Shown in pieces: positions 7,669 to 16,341 of a DNA stretch of 30,429 nt. Within the stretch, counting starts at the first letter, position 1, and each line of letters begins with the position of its first letter. The notes below the pieces were generated by a model that saw only the letters and a program-made list of their open reading frames with translations, was not told the DNA's origin and searched no databases. Origin of the DNA: Bacilli bacterium (GTDB taxonomy: Bacteria > Bacillota_I > Bacilli_A > RFN20 > CAG-826). The stretch spans positions 1 through 30,429 of the forward strand of contig JAFZUD010000020.1 of the NCBI GenBank assembly GCA_017618495.1, read 5' to 3'. A program made the position numbers and the translations under genes.

Positions 7669-10149
7669 CTAGTTTTCTAAAGCCTTTTTCGCAGCGTTTT
7701 CTAAAGCTTCGTCGCGGGCTTTCTTTCTTTGTTTTTTGACTTTGCCTTGGTGGATGAACTCGCGAAGTCCTTTGAAGAACTTGCCGTTGCACATCATGAT
7801 GAGACCACCGAGCTGTCCCCAACCGATCATGCCGCCTGAAGCGCGGGACATGTTCCTTAATGGGGTGTAGTACATACCCATGGTCATGGTATCTGCCAAC
7901 GATCTATTGCCGAAGGCTGGGAGAATCTTGATGACGACGCGGATGGCCCACTCGAAGAAGCGGCCAAACCAGCCTTTCGCATAGCGAAGGTCGTAGATGG
8001 TTGTCTCAGGAGTGACCATGATTCTGTTTTTCTTGATGAAGACGACTGGTTCCTCGATCTTTCTGCCTAGGAGGGTTTCGAATTCCTCCTGGTCAACGCG
8101 TCTGACCTTTCCGCTGAAGTAGGAAGGAAGTTTCTCTTTGTCATATGGCGCTGGGGCGTTCGTGCCTTCTTGATGAATCTTGCCAACGAGAGGGAACGAG
8201 GCGCTTGATGGGCCGACGTAGACATCGTAGTCCCCTGCTTCAACTTCCCACTTATTGGTGAGGATGTTGAAGTAACGGAAAGTATATTCATCGAATGGAA
8301 TGCTGACTTCTTTGGTTTCGCCTGGTTTGATTTCGACTTTGGCGAATCCTTTGAGTTCGAAAGCTGGACGGAAGACCACGCTCTCTTTGAGGCCGATATA
8401 CATTTCGGCGACTTCTTTGCCGGCGACGCTTCCGGTGTTCTTGATCTTGAAGGAGACGCCCTTCTCATCGACCTTAAGGTCGCTGTATTCGAAGCTGGTG
8501 TATGAAAGACCGTAGCCGAATGGGTATCTTGGAGAGATGTCGGCGGTCGCGAAGTAACGGTAACCGATGTATGGTCCTTCACGATATTCGACTAAGCCAT
8601 TCTGCCAGCCAAAGGTTTCGGCGCTTGGGCAGTCTTCGTAGGTGTATGGGAGGGTTTCGGAAAGCTTTCCGGAAGGATTGACCTTGCCAGCAAGGACTTC
8701 GATCATGGCTCTCGCACCTGCCTCGCCTCCGAGGTATCCGTGGACGAGGGCGTTCACATTATCGACGAATGGAAGTTCAACAGGTGAACCCGCACTCAAA
8801 ACGCAGACGATTGGGGTGCCGATTTCATGCAATTTCTCCAGCAAATCCAACTGATTTTTTGGAATTGCCATGGTTTTTCTATCAAGGCCTTCGGTCTCGC
8901 TGTGCTCATCTAAACCGAGGAAATAGAGAACGACATCAGCCTTTGAGGCGAGAGCGCAAGCCTTCTTTCTAAGGCCTTTGCTCTTCTTGCCGTATCTCTT
9001 GAAACCAGGCTCGTAGCCAATGACGTTGATGCCTGATCCTTCTTCTTTGGCGACCTCAAGAGCGGACTCGACTTTGATTGGGTTAACGATACTGGAACCA
9101 GCGCCTTGGTAACGTGGTTTATCAGCGAAGTCGCCAATGATGGCAACCTTTGTTTCTGGTTTGAGAGGGAGGATGTCCCCTTCGTTCTTCAAGAGAACGA
9201 TCGATTCTCTGGCGACCGTAAGAGCGGCTTCGTGGTTGGCGTCTTTGTCGGTCTCTGGTTTCTTGTCCTTGAGGTTCTTGTTCGTGAGCAAAGCCAAATC
9301 GATGATGCGATCAATGGCCTCATCAACATATTTCTCATCTAAGGTTCCGTCTTTGACGGCGTTGTAGACGTCGTCATTGGTTTCACCGCCGGTGGAAGGC
9401 ATCTCAACTTCGTTGGAGGCCTTCAAACCGAGGATGCGGTCGTTCTCTCCGCCCCAGTCGGTGATGATGATTCCTTTGTATCCCCAATCTTTGCGGAGGA
9501 TATCGAGGAGAAGGTGTTCGTTCTCATTGGCGTAGGTGCCATTGAGTTTGTTATAAGAAGACATGATGCTCTTGGCTTTGCCTTCTTTGATGGCGATTTC
9601 AAAACCGGTGAGATAAATCTCACGGAGGGTTCTTTCATCGACGATGGAGTTTGACGCCATCCTCTTGATTTCTTGGTTATTGGCAGCGAAGTGCTTTGGA
9701 CATGCGCTGATGCCGTTTTCCTGAACGCCAGCGATGTAGTTGGCGGCCATCTTACCGGCAAGATATGGATCTTCAGCGAAGTATTCGAAGTTACGTCCGC
9801 AAAGCGGATTTCTCTTCATGTTGAGAGCAGGAGCGAGAAGAACGCTGACGTCGTTTGTCGCGGCTTCTTCACCGATGGTCTTGCCCATTAAATGGGCCAT
9901 CTCAATGTTCCAAGTATTCGCGGTTGTCGCGGATGATGGGAAACAGGTAGCAGGAATAGATGGGTTGAGACCAAGGTTGTCGGCCTCGCTTGCTTGTTTC
10001 CTCAAACCGGTTGGACCATCTGAGAAGAACATCGAAGGCAAATCGATGCTTGGCAAGTTCATTGTTTGCCAGAAGTCTTTGCCACTTAATAGAGAAACTT
10101 TTTCCTCTAGGGTCAGTTTGGAGATTAAGTCTTTGTGTTTGAGGGCCAT
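7669..10149 (-). CDS. GH3 beta-glucosidase/glycosidase, cytoplasmic, with FnIII-like domain and C-terminal extension
   Basis: 826 aa. DGPTGLR, GRNFEYFAEDP, KHFAAN, nucleophile motif ITDWG, EGLDRK and YPFGYGLSYT. No signal peptide. AAGGAG RBS. Confidence 0.93.
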   Translation of the reverse strand: MALKHKDLISKLTLEEKVSLLSGKDFWQTMNLPSIDLPSMFFSDGPTGLRKQASEADNLGLNPSIPATCFPSSATTANTWNIEMAHLMGKTIGEEAATNDVSVLLAPALNMKRNPLCGRNFEYFAEDPYLAGKMAANYIAGVQENGISACPKHFAANNQEIKRMASNSIVDERTLREIYLTGFEIAIKEGKAKSIMSSYNKLNGTYANENEHLLLDILRKDWGYKGIIITDWGGENDRILGLKASNEVEMPSTGGETNDDVYNAVKDGTLDEKYVDEAIDRIIDLALLTNKNLKDKKPETDKDANHEAALTVARESIVLLKNEGDILPLKPETKVAIIGDFADKPRYQGAGSSIVNPIKVESALEVAKEEGSGINVIGYEPGFKRYGKKSKGLRKKACALASKADVVLYFLGLDEHSETEGLDRKTMAIPKNQLDLLEKLHEIGTPIVCVLSAGSPVELPFVDNVNALVHGYLGGEAGARAMIEVLAGKVNPSGKLSETLPYTYEDCPSAETFGWQNGLVEYREGPYIGYRYFATADISPRYPFGYGLSYTSFEYSDLKVDEKGVSFKIKNTGSVAGKEVAEMYIGLKESVVFRPAFELKGFAKVEIKPGETKEVSIPFDEYTFRYFNILTNKWEVEAGDYDVYVGPSSASFPLVGKIHQEGTNAPAPYDKEKLPSYFSGKVRRVDQEEFETLLGRKIEEPVVFIKKNRIMVTPETTIYDLRYAKGWFGRFFEWAIRVVIKILPAFGNRSLADTMTMGMYYTPLRNMSRASGGMIGWGQLGGLIMMCNGKFFKGLREFIHQGKVKKQRKKARDEALENAAKKALEN

Positions 10150-10173
10150 ATCCTACTCCTTCTATGTTTATGT

Positions 10174-11295
10174 TTAGGCTATGCCTAAGGCTTTAAGCTT
10201 ATCGAACATCTCTTTGGCAGCGATGATGCAATCATCCATGTCGTAATACTTGTAGACCGCAAGCCTTCCGAGGAAGAAGGTCTTTGGCTCAAGCTTGGCC
10301 GAGAGTTCTTTATAGGCAGCGGCGAGGCTATTGTTTTTCTCGTCGTTGATTGGGTAGCAAGGGATCTTTCCTTCTTCGAAGGTGTCAGGGTACTCGAATG
10401 TGACAAGGGTCGAATGATGGTTCTCGCAGAATGGATCAAAGGCCTTGTGCTCAGCGCAGCGGGTGTATGGCTGGTCGTGAGTGGTGAAGTTGATGACCGG
10501 GTTGTTCTGATAACGGTCCATCTGCATCCACTGATTGTCGAAACGGAGGGATCTGTATTCGAGCTTTCCGAGCTTGAATGAGAAGTACTCGTCAAGACGT
10601 CCGGTGTAGATGACGTGGTCCGCCATCGCATCCCATTTTTCTTTCTCTTCGAAGTAATCCACGCCGGTTTTGACGTCGATTTCTTTCAAAAGGTTCTCTA
10701 CCCACTTGGAATAACCGCCGACTGGGAGACCCTGCCAGGAGTCATTGAAGTAGTTGTTGTTATATTCAAATCTCAAAGGCAAACGTTTAATGATGCTGGC
10801 AGGAAGCTCTTTGCAATCTCTGCCCCACTGCTTCTCGGTGTAGCCTTTGATGAGTTTCTCGTAGATGGTGCGGCCAACGAGTTTGATGGCTTGCTCTTCG
10901 AGGTTCTTTGGTTCATCGATGTGTTCCTTCTCAACCTCTTCAGCGATTTTGGCTTTCGCCTCTTCCGCGGTAGTGACACCCCATAACTCATGGAAGGTGT
11001 TCATGTTGAAAGGCATGTGGTAGAACTCGCCATGGCAGTTAGCGATAGGCGAGTTGATGAATGGATAAACCTCAACATTGTTGTTGAACATATCCCAGGC
11101 GAATTTGTCTGAGGTATGGAAAATGTGTGGTCCATAAGTGTGGACGATGATGCCATCTTGGATGGCTGTGGAAATATTGCCGCCGACATCGTCGCGTTTC
11201 TCGAGGACGAGAACCTTCTTACCGGCGTTCTTAAGTAAGTTGGCGATCGTTGAGCCAGAAAGGCCGCTGCCAACAATCAAGTAATCGTAATGCAT
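10174..11295 (-). CDS. glf: UDP-galactopyranose mutase
   Basis: FAD motif IVGSGLSG, HTYGPHIFHT, YTEKQWG, LEYRSLRF, PYTRCAEHK and FLGRLAVYKYYDMD. AGGAG RBS before ATG 11295. Confidence 0.95.
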   Translation of the reverse strand: MHYDYLIVGSGLSGSTIANLLKNAGKKVLVLEKRDDVGGNISTAIQDGIIVHTYGPHIFHTSDKFAWDMFNNNVEVYPFINSPIANCHGEFYHMPFNMNTFHELWGVTTAEEAKAKIAEEVEKEHIDEPKNLEEQAIKLVGRTIYEKLIKGYTEKQWGRDCKELPASIIKRLPLRFEYNNNYFNDSWQGLPVGGYSKWVENLLKEIDVKTGVDYFEEKEKWDAMADHVIYTGRLDEYFSFKLGKLEYRSLRFDNQWMQMDRYQNNPVINFTTHDQPYTRCAEHKAFDPFCENHHSTLVTFEYPDTFEEGKIPCYPINDEKNNSLAAAYKELSAKLEPKTFFLGRLAVYKYYDMDDCIIAAKEMFDKLKALGIA

Positions 11296-11345
11296 AAGCA
11301 CTCCTATTCAGACCGGTATATTTTACCTTAACCTAGGGTAAAAGT

Positions 11346-11354
11346 GCTACAATA
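11346..11354 (+). promoter_or_regulatory. Extended -10 promoter (TGcTACAAT) for the peptidase gene, in the divergent glf/peptidase intergenic region
   Basis: TGCTACAAT sits 14 nt before the ATG at 11369. A TAAAAT box for glf lies on the opposite strand at about 11320-11325. Confidence 0.5.
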
Positions 11355-11368
11355 CCAAAGGTAAATTT

Positions 11369-12556
11369 ATGAAAAAGAACGAAGTTATACATGAAGCGCT
11401 GGCAAAAGAAGGCGCAGATGCTTGGGTTATCGTCGACTACGAAAACAGAAACAAAACTCTAGTCGAATTCCTTGGTGACAGGATGCTCACGAGAAAGATT
11501 TTCCTCGTCTTCCCGCTTAACAAGAAGCCTTTCATCATCTGTCACTCAATCGACACCGTTTTCCTTAGGGACGAAGAGATCACGAGCCAATTCGACCTCA
11601 AGGTCTACCATACCTGGCAAGAAATGCTCGATATCGAGAAGAAAGAGTTCGCCGAATATAAGAAGGTCCTTATGGACATCTCCGAGTTTGGCCTTCTCCC
11701 AAGAATCTCTTTAGCCGACTATGGCTCAGTCGAATTCGTTAAGAGCCTTGGCATCGAAGTCGCTTCAAGCGGAAACCTCCTCCAGAGATTCAGCGCCTTA
11801 TATAGCGACAGAGCCTATGAGCTTCAGCTTCTCGCCAACAAGAAGACCCTCATGATCAAAGATGAGGCCTTCGCCAAAATCAAAGAGCTCATTCTTAAGA
11901 ATGGCGAGACCAGCGAATACGAGATCCAGAAATTCATCTGCGATAGATTCCATGAAGAAGGCATGGTCTATGACGACCCTGCTATCGTCGCGATTGGCAA
12001 GAACGCTTCCGACCCTCACTATGGCCCGAGCAAAGAAGTCTCCTCCCCTATCAAGAAAGGCGACTTGGTCCTTATCGATATGTGGGCGAAGATGGACGAC
12101 CCTGAAGGCGTCTACGCCGACATCACCTGGATGGGTTATGTTGGAGAAGAGGTCCCAGAGGTTTACGCGAAGAGATTCGAGATCCTGAAGAAGGCGATTG
12201 AAGCCGATTTCGAGTTCCTCAAAAACGAGCTTCCTAAGAGAGCGGTCGCCGGTTACGAAGTCGACCAAATCTCAAGAGATTACATAAAAGACGCAGGATT
12301 TGCTGAGTATTTTGTCCATAGAACCGGACATAACATCGCAGTTGACGTCTCTCCTCATGGCCCTGGCGTGAACATCGATAACTATGAGTCCCACGACACT
12401 CGTGAGATCATCGATGGAGTCACTTTCTCCCTTGAGCCAGGCATCTATGCGCCTGACTTCGGCATGAGAAGCGAGACCAACGTCTACATCAAAAACAGGC
12501 AGCCAATTTACGTTGCTGGACACCAAGAAGAGATCGTCGCGATTCTCAAAGATTAA
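11369..12556 (+). CDS. Xaa-Pro aminopeptidase / M24 family metallopeptidase
   Basis: Metal-ligand motifs ASDPHY, LIDMW, ADITW, HRTGH, SLEPGIY and RSETNV. Confidence 0.9.
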   Translation: MKKNEVIHEALAKEGADAWVIVDYENRNKTLVEFLGDRMLTRKIFLVFPLNKKPFIICHSIDTVFLRDEEITSQFDLKVYHTWQEMLDIEKKEFAEYKKVLMDISEFGLLPRISLADYGSVEFVKSLGIEVASSGNLLQRFSALYSDRAYELQLLANKKTLMIKDEAFAKIKELILKNGETSEYEIQKFICDRFHEEGMVYDDPAIVAIGKNASDPHYGPSKEVSSPIKKGDLVLIDMWAKMDDPEGVYADITWMGYVGEEVPEVYAKRFEILKKAIEADFEFLKNELPKRAVAGYEVDQISRDYIKDAGFAEYFVHRTGHNIAVDVSPHGPGVNIDNYESHDTREIIDGVTFSLEPGIYAPDFGMRSETNVYIKNRQPIYVAGHQEEIVAILKD

Positions 12557-12568
12557 CCTTAACTCCAG

Positions 12569-12602
12569 AAGGCCGGCCTAATTTGACCGGCTTTTTCTTT
12601 TT
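12569..12602 (+). terminator. Intrinsic terminator after the peptidase gene
   Basis: AAGGCCGG/CCGGCTTT stem followed by a T-rich tract. Confidence 0.7.
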
Positions 12603-12611
12603 GTCTAGAAT
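12583..12611 (+). promoter_or_regulatory. Sigma-A promoter TTGACC-N17-TAGAAT for the radical SAM pair
   Basis: -35 at 12583-12588, -10 at 12606-12611, ATG 11 nt later, no SD sequence. Confidence 0.7.
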
Positions 12612-12622
12612 AGGCACGTCTT

Positions 12623-13525
12623 ATGAAATTCTCGTCTTTCATGAAATTTGCTGGTTTCGGAATCAGCACAATTCTCTTTCGTAGGAAGAAACCTATTTTA
12701 GGAACGGTCATCGTCACCGATAAGTGCAACCTCCACTGCAAACACTGTTCCGTCAATAACATCACCGCGGTCATCCACCCATATGAGCAGATCAAAGGTG
12801 AGATGAAGCAGCTCTATGACATGGGCGTGCGCATCCTCTTTTTCTGTGGAGGCGAGACCTTCATGTGGAAGGACGGAGACAAGACCCTTAGAGACCTCGT
12901 CATCGAGGCGAAAAAGATGGGCTTCCTCATCGTTAACATAGTCACAAACGGTACCTGGCCAATCGATTTGCCAGAGGCGGACTTAATTTTATTAAGTCTT
13001 GATGGCGACAAAGTCCACCACAACATCATCAGAGGCGAGACTTACGACGCCATCTTCGAGAACATCTCCAAGGCCACCTCAGACAACATTTGTTTCTATA
13101 TGGCCGTCAATCAGATCAACAAGGATTGCATCCGTGACGTCTGCGAGAAAGCCCGCGACACCAAGAACGTCAGAGCGGTCTCTTTCAACTTCCACACCCC
13201 ATACCCAGACACCAAAGAACTCAAACTCACCAAAGAAGATAAAGCCAAATGCTGCGAGACCATAAAGCAGATGATGAAGGAAGGCTGCCCTGTCTTTAAC
13301 CTCAAGAGCGCATTCCCATATATCATCGAGAACAAATTCCCGACCCCATGCCACCAATGCGTCGTCATGGAGAACGGAAAGCTTTCCGTCTGCGGGCGTT
13401 GCATCGATGTCCCGGGCCTTTGTGATGAATGCGGCTACTTCTTCGTCGCCGAATATACCCTTCTCTTCAGGGGCAACTTGAAGATCATCTTCGAGATGCT
13501 TAAGACTTACCTGAAATACATCTAA
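12623..13525 (+). CDS. Radical SAM protein with Cys-rich C-terminal (SPASM/twitch-like) region; function unknown
   Basis: CNLHCKHC (CxxxCxxC), GGE motif, VTNGT, SLDG. C-terminal CHQC..CGRC..CDEC. Confidence 0.88.
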   Translation: MKFSSFMKFAGFGISTILFRRKKPILGTVIVTDKCNLHCKHCSVNNITAVIHPYEQIKGEMKQLYDMGVRILFFCGGETFMWKDGDKTLRDLVIEAKKMGFLIVNIVTNGTWPIDLPEADLILLSLDGDKVHHNIIRGETYDAIFENISKATSDNICFYMAVNQINKDCIRDVCEKARDTKNVRAVSFNFHTPYPDTKELKLTKEDKAKCCETIKQMMKEGCPVFNLKSAFPYIIENKFPTPCHQCVVMENGKLSVCGRCIDVPGLCDECGYFFVAEYTLLFRGNLKIIFEMLKTYLKYI

Positions 13526-13526
13526 A

Positions 13527-14780
13527 ATGAGCTTCCTTACATCACTTGCAAGATCCTGGCTCACAAGGTCACTCAAACCATTCACTTTCAAGAGCGATTA
13601 CGACCAGGTTCTCCCATATGAAAACCTAGACAATCTAGGTCTTTATGTTCACCTTCCTTTTTGCAAAAACATCTGCAATTTCTGTCCGTATTGCAAAAAA
13701 CTCTACTCAGAAGAGGAGAGCAATAGGTATATTGACGCCCTCATAAAAGAGATTCATTTAGTTGGTTCTCAAAGCAAAGAAAAGAAGAAGGTCACTAGCC
13801 TCTATTTCGGAGGCGGAACCCCTGCTTTGTCCGCGCCTAGAATCCACGAGATCATTGAGGCCATAAACGAGCACTTCATCATCACCGAAGGAATCGGTTT
13901 GGAGCTTCATCCGGATAACGTTAACAAAGAAACCCTTCAGACACTTAAAGATGCCGGGGTCACCAAGATCTCAATCGGCATCCAATCCTTCCGTTCCAAA
14001 TACCAGTCCATCTTAGGAAGAAAGACTGTGGACACCAAAGCCATGAAAGAGGCTTTAGAGGCCGTTCCTTTTGAAACGGTATCCATGGACTTCATCTTCG
14101 CTTTGCCTTCACAAACCTATGAAGACCTTGAAGCGGATGTCGATGAGGCTTTCGAACTTGGCGCCAACCACGTAGCCATTTATCCGTTCATCGACTTCAC
14201 CTTCACCTCTAGCAAAGTCAAAGCCCTCCCAAAGAAAGAGAAGAGAGAACTTCTTGATGCCATAACAAAGCATTGTCAGGAGAAAGGCTATCCTCGCAGC
14301 ACCATTTGGACCTTCTCAAGCAAGCCTGAGGCCAAATACTCGTCTATGACGAGAGAGACCTTCTTAGGCTTTGGTTGTTCTGCCACCACCCTTCTCAAAG
14401 ACCAGTTCAAGATCAACACGTTCGATGTTGATTCCTACATCAAGAGAATCGGAGAAGGGAAACTCCCAACTTCGTTGACAATCAGATTTAAGAAGAGACA
14501 AAGAATGGTCTATTGGCTCTTCTGGACCGCTTATAGCACAAGCGTGGATTCCAAAGACTTCGAGAAGTTCTTCGGCGTCTCCCTTAAGAAGAAGTATGGG
14601 TTTGAGTTATGGCTCGCTAAAAAGATTGGTTATATCACCGAGAAGGATGGTGTTTACACCATGACACTCAAGGGAGCGTTCTACTACCACTACTTCGAGA
14701 ACTTCTACACCCTCTCCTACATCGATAAGATGTGGGGCATTATGAGGAAAGAAGCTTTCCCGAAACAGATCAAACTATAG
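13527..14780 (+). CDS. HemN-like (class C) radical SAM protein; function unknown
   Basis: LYVHLPFCKNICNFCPYC, LYFGGGTP, KISIGIQSF, DFIFALP and FLGFGCSA. Starts 1 nt after the upstream stop. Confidence 0.85.
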   Translation: MSFLTSLARSWLTRSLKPFTFKSDYDQVLPYENLDNLGLYVHLPFCKNICNFCPYCKKLYSEEESNRYIDALIKEIHLVGSQSKEKKKVTSLYFGGGTPALSAPRIHEIIEAINEHFIITEGIGLELHPDNVNKETLQTLKDAGVTKISIGIQSFRSKYQSILGRKTVDTKAMKEALEAVPFETVSMDFIFALPSQTYEDLEADVDEAFELGANHVAIYPFIDFTFTSSKVKALPKKEKRELLDAITKHCQEKGYPRSTIWTFSSKPEAKYSSMTRETFLGFGCSATTLLKDQFKINTFDVDSYIKRIGEGKLPTSLTIRFKKRQRMVYWLFWTAYSTSVDSKDFEKFFGVSLKKKYGFELWLAKKIGYITEKDGVYTMTLKGAFYYHYFENFYTLSYIDKMWGIMRKEAFPKQIKL

Positions 14781-14782
14781 AA

Positions 14783-14813
14783 AAAAGAGGCGCGGAGTAA
14801 GGACGCCTCTTTT
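14783..14813. terminator. Bidirectional intrinsic terminator between the radical SAM pair and hsp20
   Basis: AAAAGAGGCG / CGCCTCTTTT perfect arms between convergent genes. Confidence 0.85.
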
Positions 14814-14868
14814 CCTTTATGGTCGACGAGAACTGTATGTAACAGCGTGAAAGGAGTAGCCGCTGTTT

Positions 14869-15276
14869 TTAGTTGATTGAGATGTTGTGAGCCAACTCTT
14901 TCTTCTCTTCTTCCTTAGGGAAGACGAGGGAGAGAACACCATTTTCGAATTTAGCGTTGATGCTCTTTTCGTTGGTCAGGCCAACATAGTAAGTCCTAGA
15001 AGCAGAACCATAGGTTCTCTCATGGCAAACGTATTTGCCTTTGGACTTCTCGTCCCTCTTATCTTCGCGCTTGGCGGAGATGGTTAAGTATCCATCTTTG
15101 AGGGTGACGTTGATGTCTTCTTTCTTAACGCCAGGAAGCTCTACATCCATCATGTAATGGGTTTCGTCTTCTTTGACATCCGTCTTCATGGAGATGGCGT
15201 GATTTTCTCTTCTGCTAACTGGAGCGAAGAAATCGTAGAATGGATCAAATCCGTAGTTGACTAAATCAAATGTCAT
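14869..15276 (-). CDS. Hsp20/alpha-crystallin small heat-shock protein
   Basis: MKTDVKE, VELPGVKKEDI, ERTYGSASR and AKFENGVLSLVFPK. AAGGAGGT RBS supports the start at 15276 (MTFDL). CIRCE sites upstream. Confidence 0.93.
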   Translation of the reverse strand: MTFDLVNYGFDPFYDFFAPVSRRENHAISMKTDVKEDETHYMMDVELPGVKKEDINVTLKDGYLTISAKREDKRDEKSKGKYVCHERTYGSASRTYYVGLTNEKSINAKFENGVLSLVFPKEEEKKELAHNISIN

Positions 15277-15299
15277 TGTAGTTACCTCCTTGGGATTTT

Positions 15300-15326
15300 T
15301 TAGCACTCATACTTCCTAAGTGCTAA
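15300..15326. promoter_or_regulatory. CIRCE element (HrcA operator), proximal copy
   Basis: TTAGCACTC-N9-AAGTGCTAA, one mismatch to the consensus TTAGCACTC-N9-GAGTGCTAA. Confidence 0.92.
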
Positions 15327-15330
15327 CTAT

Positions 15331-15358
15331 ATATTAGCCCTCTTTTTAGCACTGTCAA
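15331..15358 (-). promoter_or_regulatory. Sigma-A promoter for hsp20, TTGACA-N16-TAATAT
   Basis: Perfect TTGACA at 15353-15358 (minus strand), embedded in the distal CIRCE. Confidence 0.65.
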
Positions 15359-15372
15359 TAGGTAAGTGCTAA
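15346..15372. promoter_or_regulatory. CIRCE element, distal copy
   Basis: TTAGCACTG-N9-AAGTGCTAA, two mismatches to the consensus. Confidence 0.85.
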
Positions 15373-15376
15373 TTTT

Positions 15377-15763
15377 TTATGCGAAATTTTTTGCCCTCTC
15401 ATTCATGCGCGCGAACGCATTAAATAATAAAGATGATATCTGCTTTTCGTAGGCGCCAAAGTCGACTATGAAAAAATCGTTTTTAGTGTTTTCGCGAAAT
15501 AATTTTTCAACTTCGTAATTAATTTCTTTCACCATCTTCTCCGCACATACATCACAGATCTGTTGGTAGCGGCTCATGTCAAAACCCCAGCCGCTGATTA
15601 AGCCGGCTGTGTCTTTAAGGGTCTTGCAGAGTTTTTCTCTTAGAGCGGTCATCTTAAACTTCCCTTTGAACTGGGAAGAATAAGGATCAAGCCCATCGGA
15701 TATGAGCTTTGAGAAATAAGAAAGAACTTCGGTTTCGGTGTTTTGATAGATGTTGTTATTCAT
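15377..15763 (-). CDS. Hypothetical soluble protein, 128 aa
   Basis: Fills the intergenic gap. GGAGG RBS 5 nt before ATG 15763 (MNNNIYQ). No family recognised. Confidence 0.65.
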   Translation of the reverse strand: MNNNIYQNTETEVLSYFSKLISDGLDPYSSQFKGKFKMTALREKLCKTLKDTAGLISGWGFDMSRYQQICDVCAEKMVKEINYEVEKLFRENTKNDFFIVDFGAYEKQISSLLFNAFARMNERAKNFA

Positions 15764-15814
15764 AAGTGCCTCCACTTCTCATATAGAGGCATTTATGAAA
15801 ATGTTCACAAAAAA

Positions 15815-15834
15815 AGGACCGAAGAATCGGTCCT
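15815..15834 (-). terminator. Intrinsic terminator after the 152-aa membrane protein gene
   Basis: AGGACCGA/TCGGTCCT 8-bp stem with a 4-nt loop, followed by a T-tract on the minus strand. Confidence 0.85.
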
Positions 15835-15853
15835 AGATTTTGTTATTTGTTCC

Positions 15854-16312
15854 TTACTTAGCAAGGAAGGCTTTGACACCGATGAAGAGTTCGGTTCCAG
15901 CGGCAAGGAGAGAAGCAACCGCGGTAGCGATGAATCCCCAAGCAAGGGTGAGTTGGAACTGAGGAGCTTCGACCATGACTGGGGCAAGGAAGGCTAAGAT
16001 GCCGGCGACGGCCATGCAGAGGCCACCGACGATCGAAAGGAATCCGCCGAACTTTCCGCCATACCATCCGAAGGCGACTCCGAGAAGCTCGAAGGCAGCG
16101 CCAACGATGAAGAGAACGAACATGGCAACAAGTCCGCCAGTCGCGCTGATGGTGAATGGAGCAGCTGGGTTGGTGAAGACAAAGTCATAACCGCGAACGA
16201 ACTCATCCGCGCCAGCCTGGACGCCAGGGGCGATTGGGAAGAGGAACGCGCAAAGGGTGAAGATGAGGGCGACGATGCCAAGTAATCCACCTAAATTTGA
16301 AGTCTTTTTCAT
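15854..16312 (-). CDS. Hypothetical four-TM membrane protein
   Basis: 152 aa with four hydrophobic segments. Has its own promoter and terminator. Confidence 0.75.
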   Translation of the reverse strand: MKKTSNLGGLLGIVALIFTLCAFLFPIAPGVQAGADEFVRGYDFVFTNPAAPFTISATGGLVAMFVLFIVGAAFELLGVAFGWYGGKFGGFLSIVGGLCMAVAGILAFLAPVMVEAPQFQLTLAWGFIATAVASLLAAGTELFIGVKAFLAK

Positions 16313-16341
16313 ATAGTTAGTCCTTTACTAGAAACGAGTTA

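Noticed and set aside
7631-11363. TACC...GGTA palindromes at 7631-7644, 11321-11343 and 11353-11363 as a shared glycan-cluster operator
   Set aside because: Spacer lengths differ (6, 9 and 3 nt between TACC and GGTA), and one arm is simply the TAAAAT -10 of glf, so a single regulator is unlikely.
13527-14780. Annotation as coproporphyrinogen III oxidase (hemN)
   Set aside because: The fold motifs fit the HemN superfamily, but there is no heme-pathway context and it is tightly coupled to another radical SAM gene, so the specific function is unsupported.
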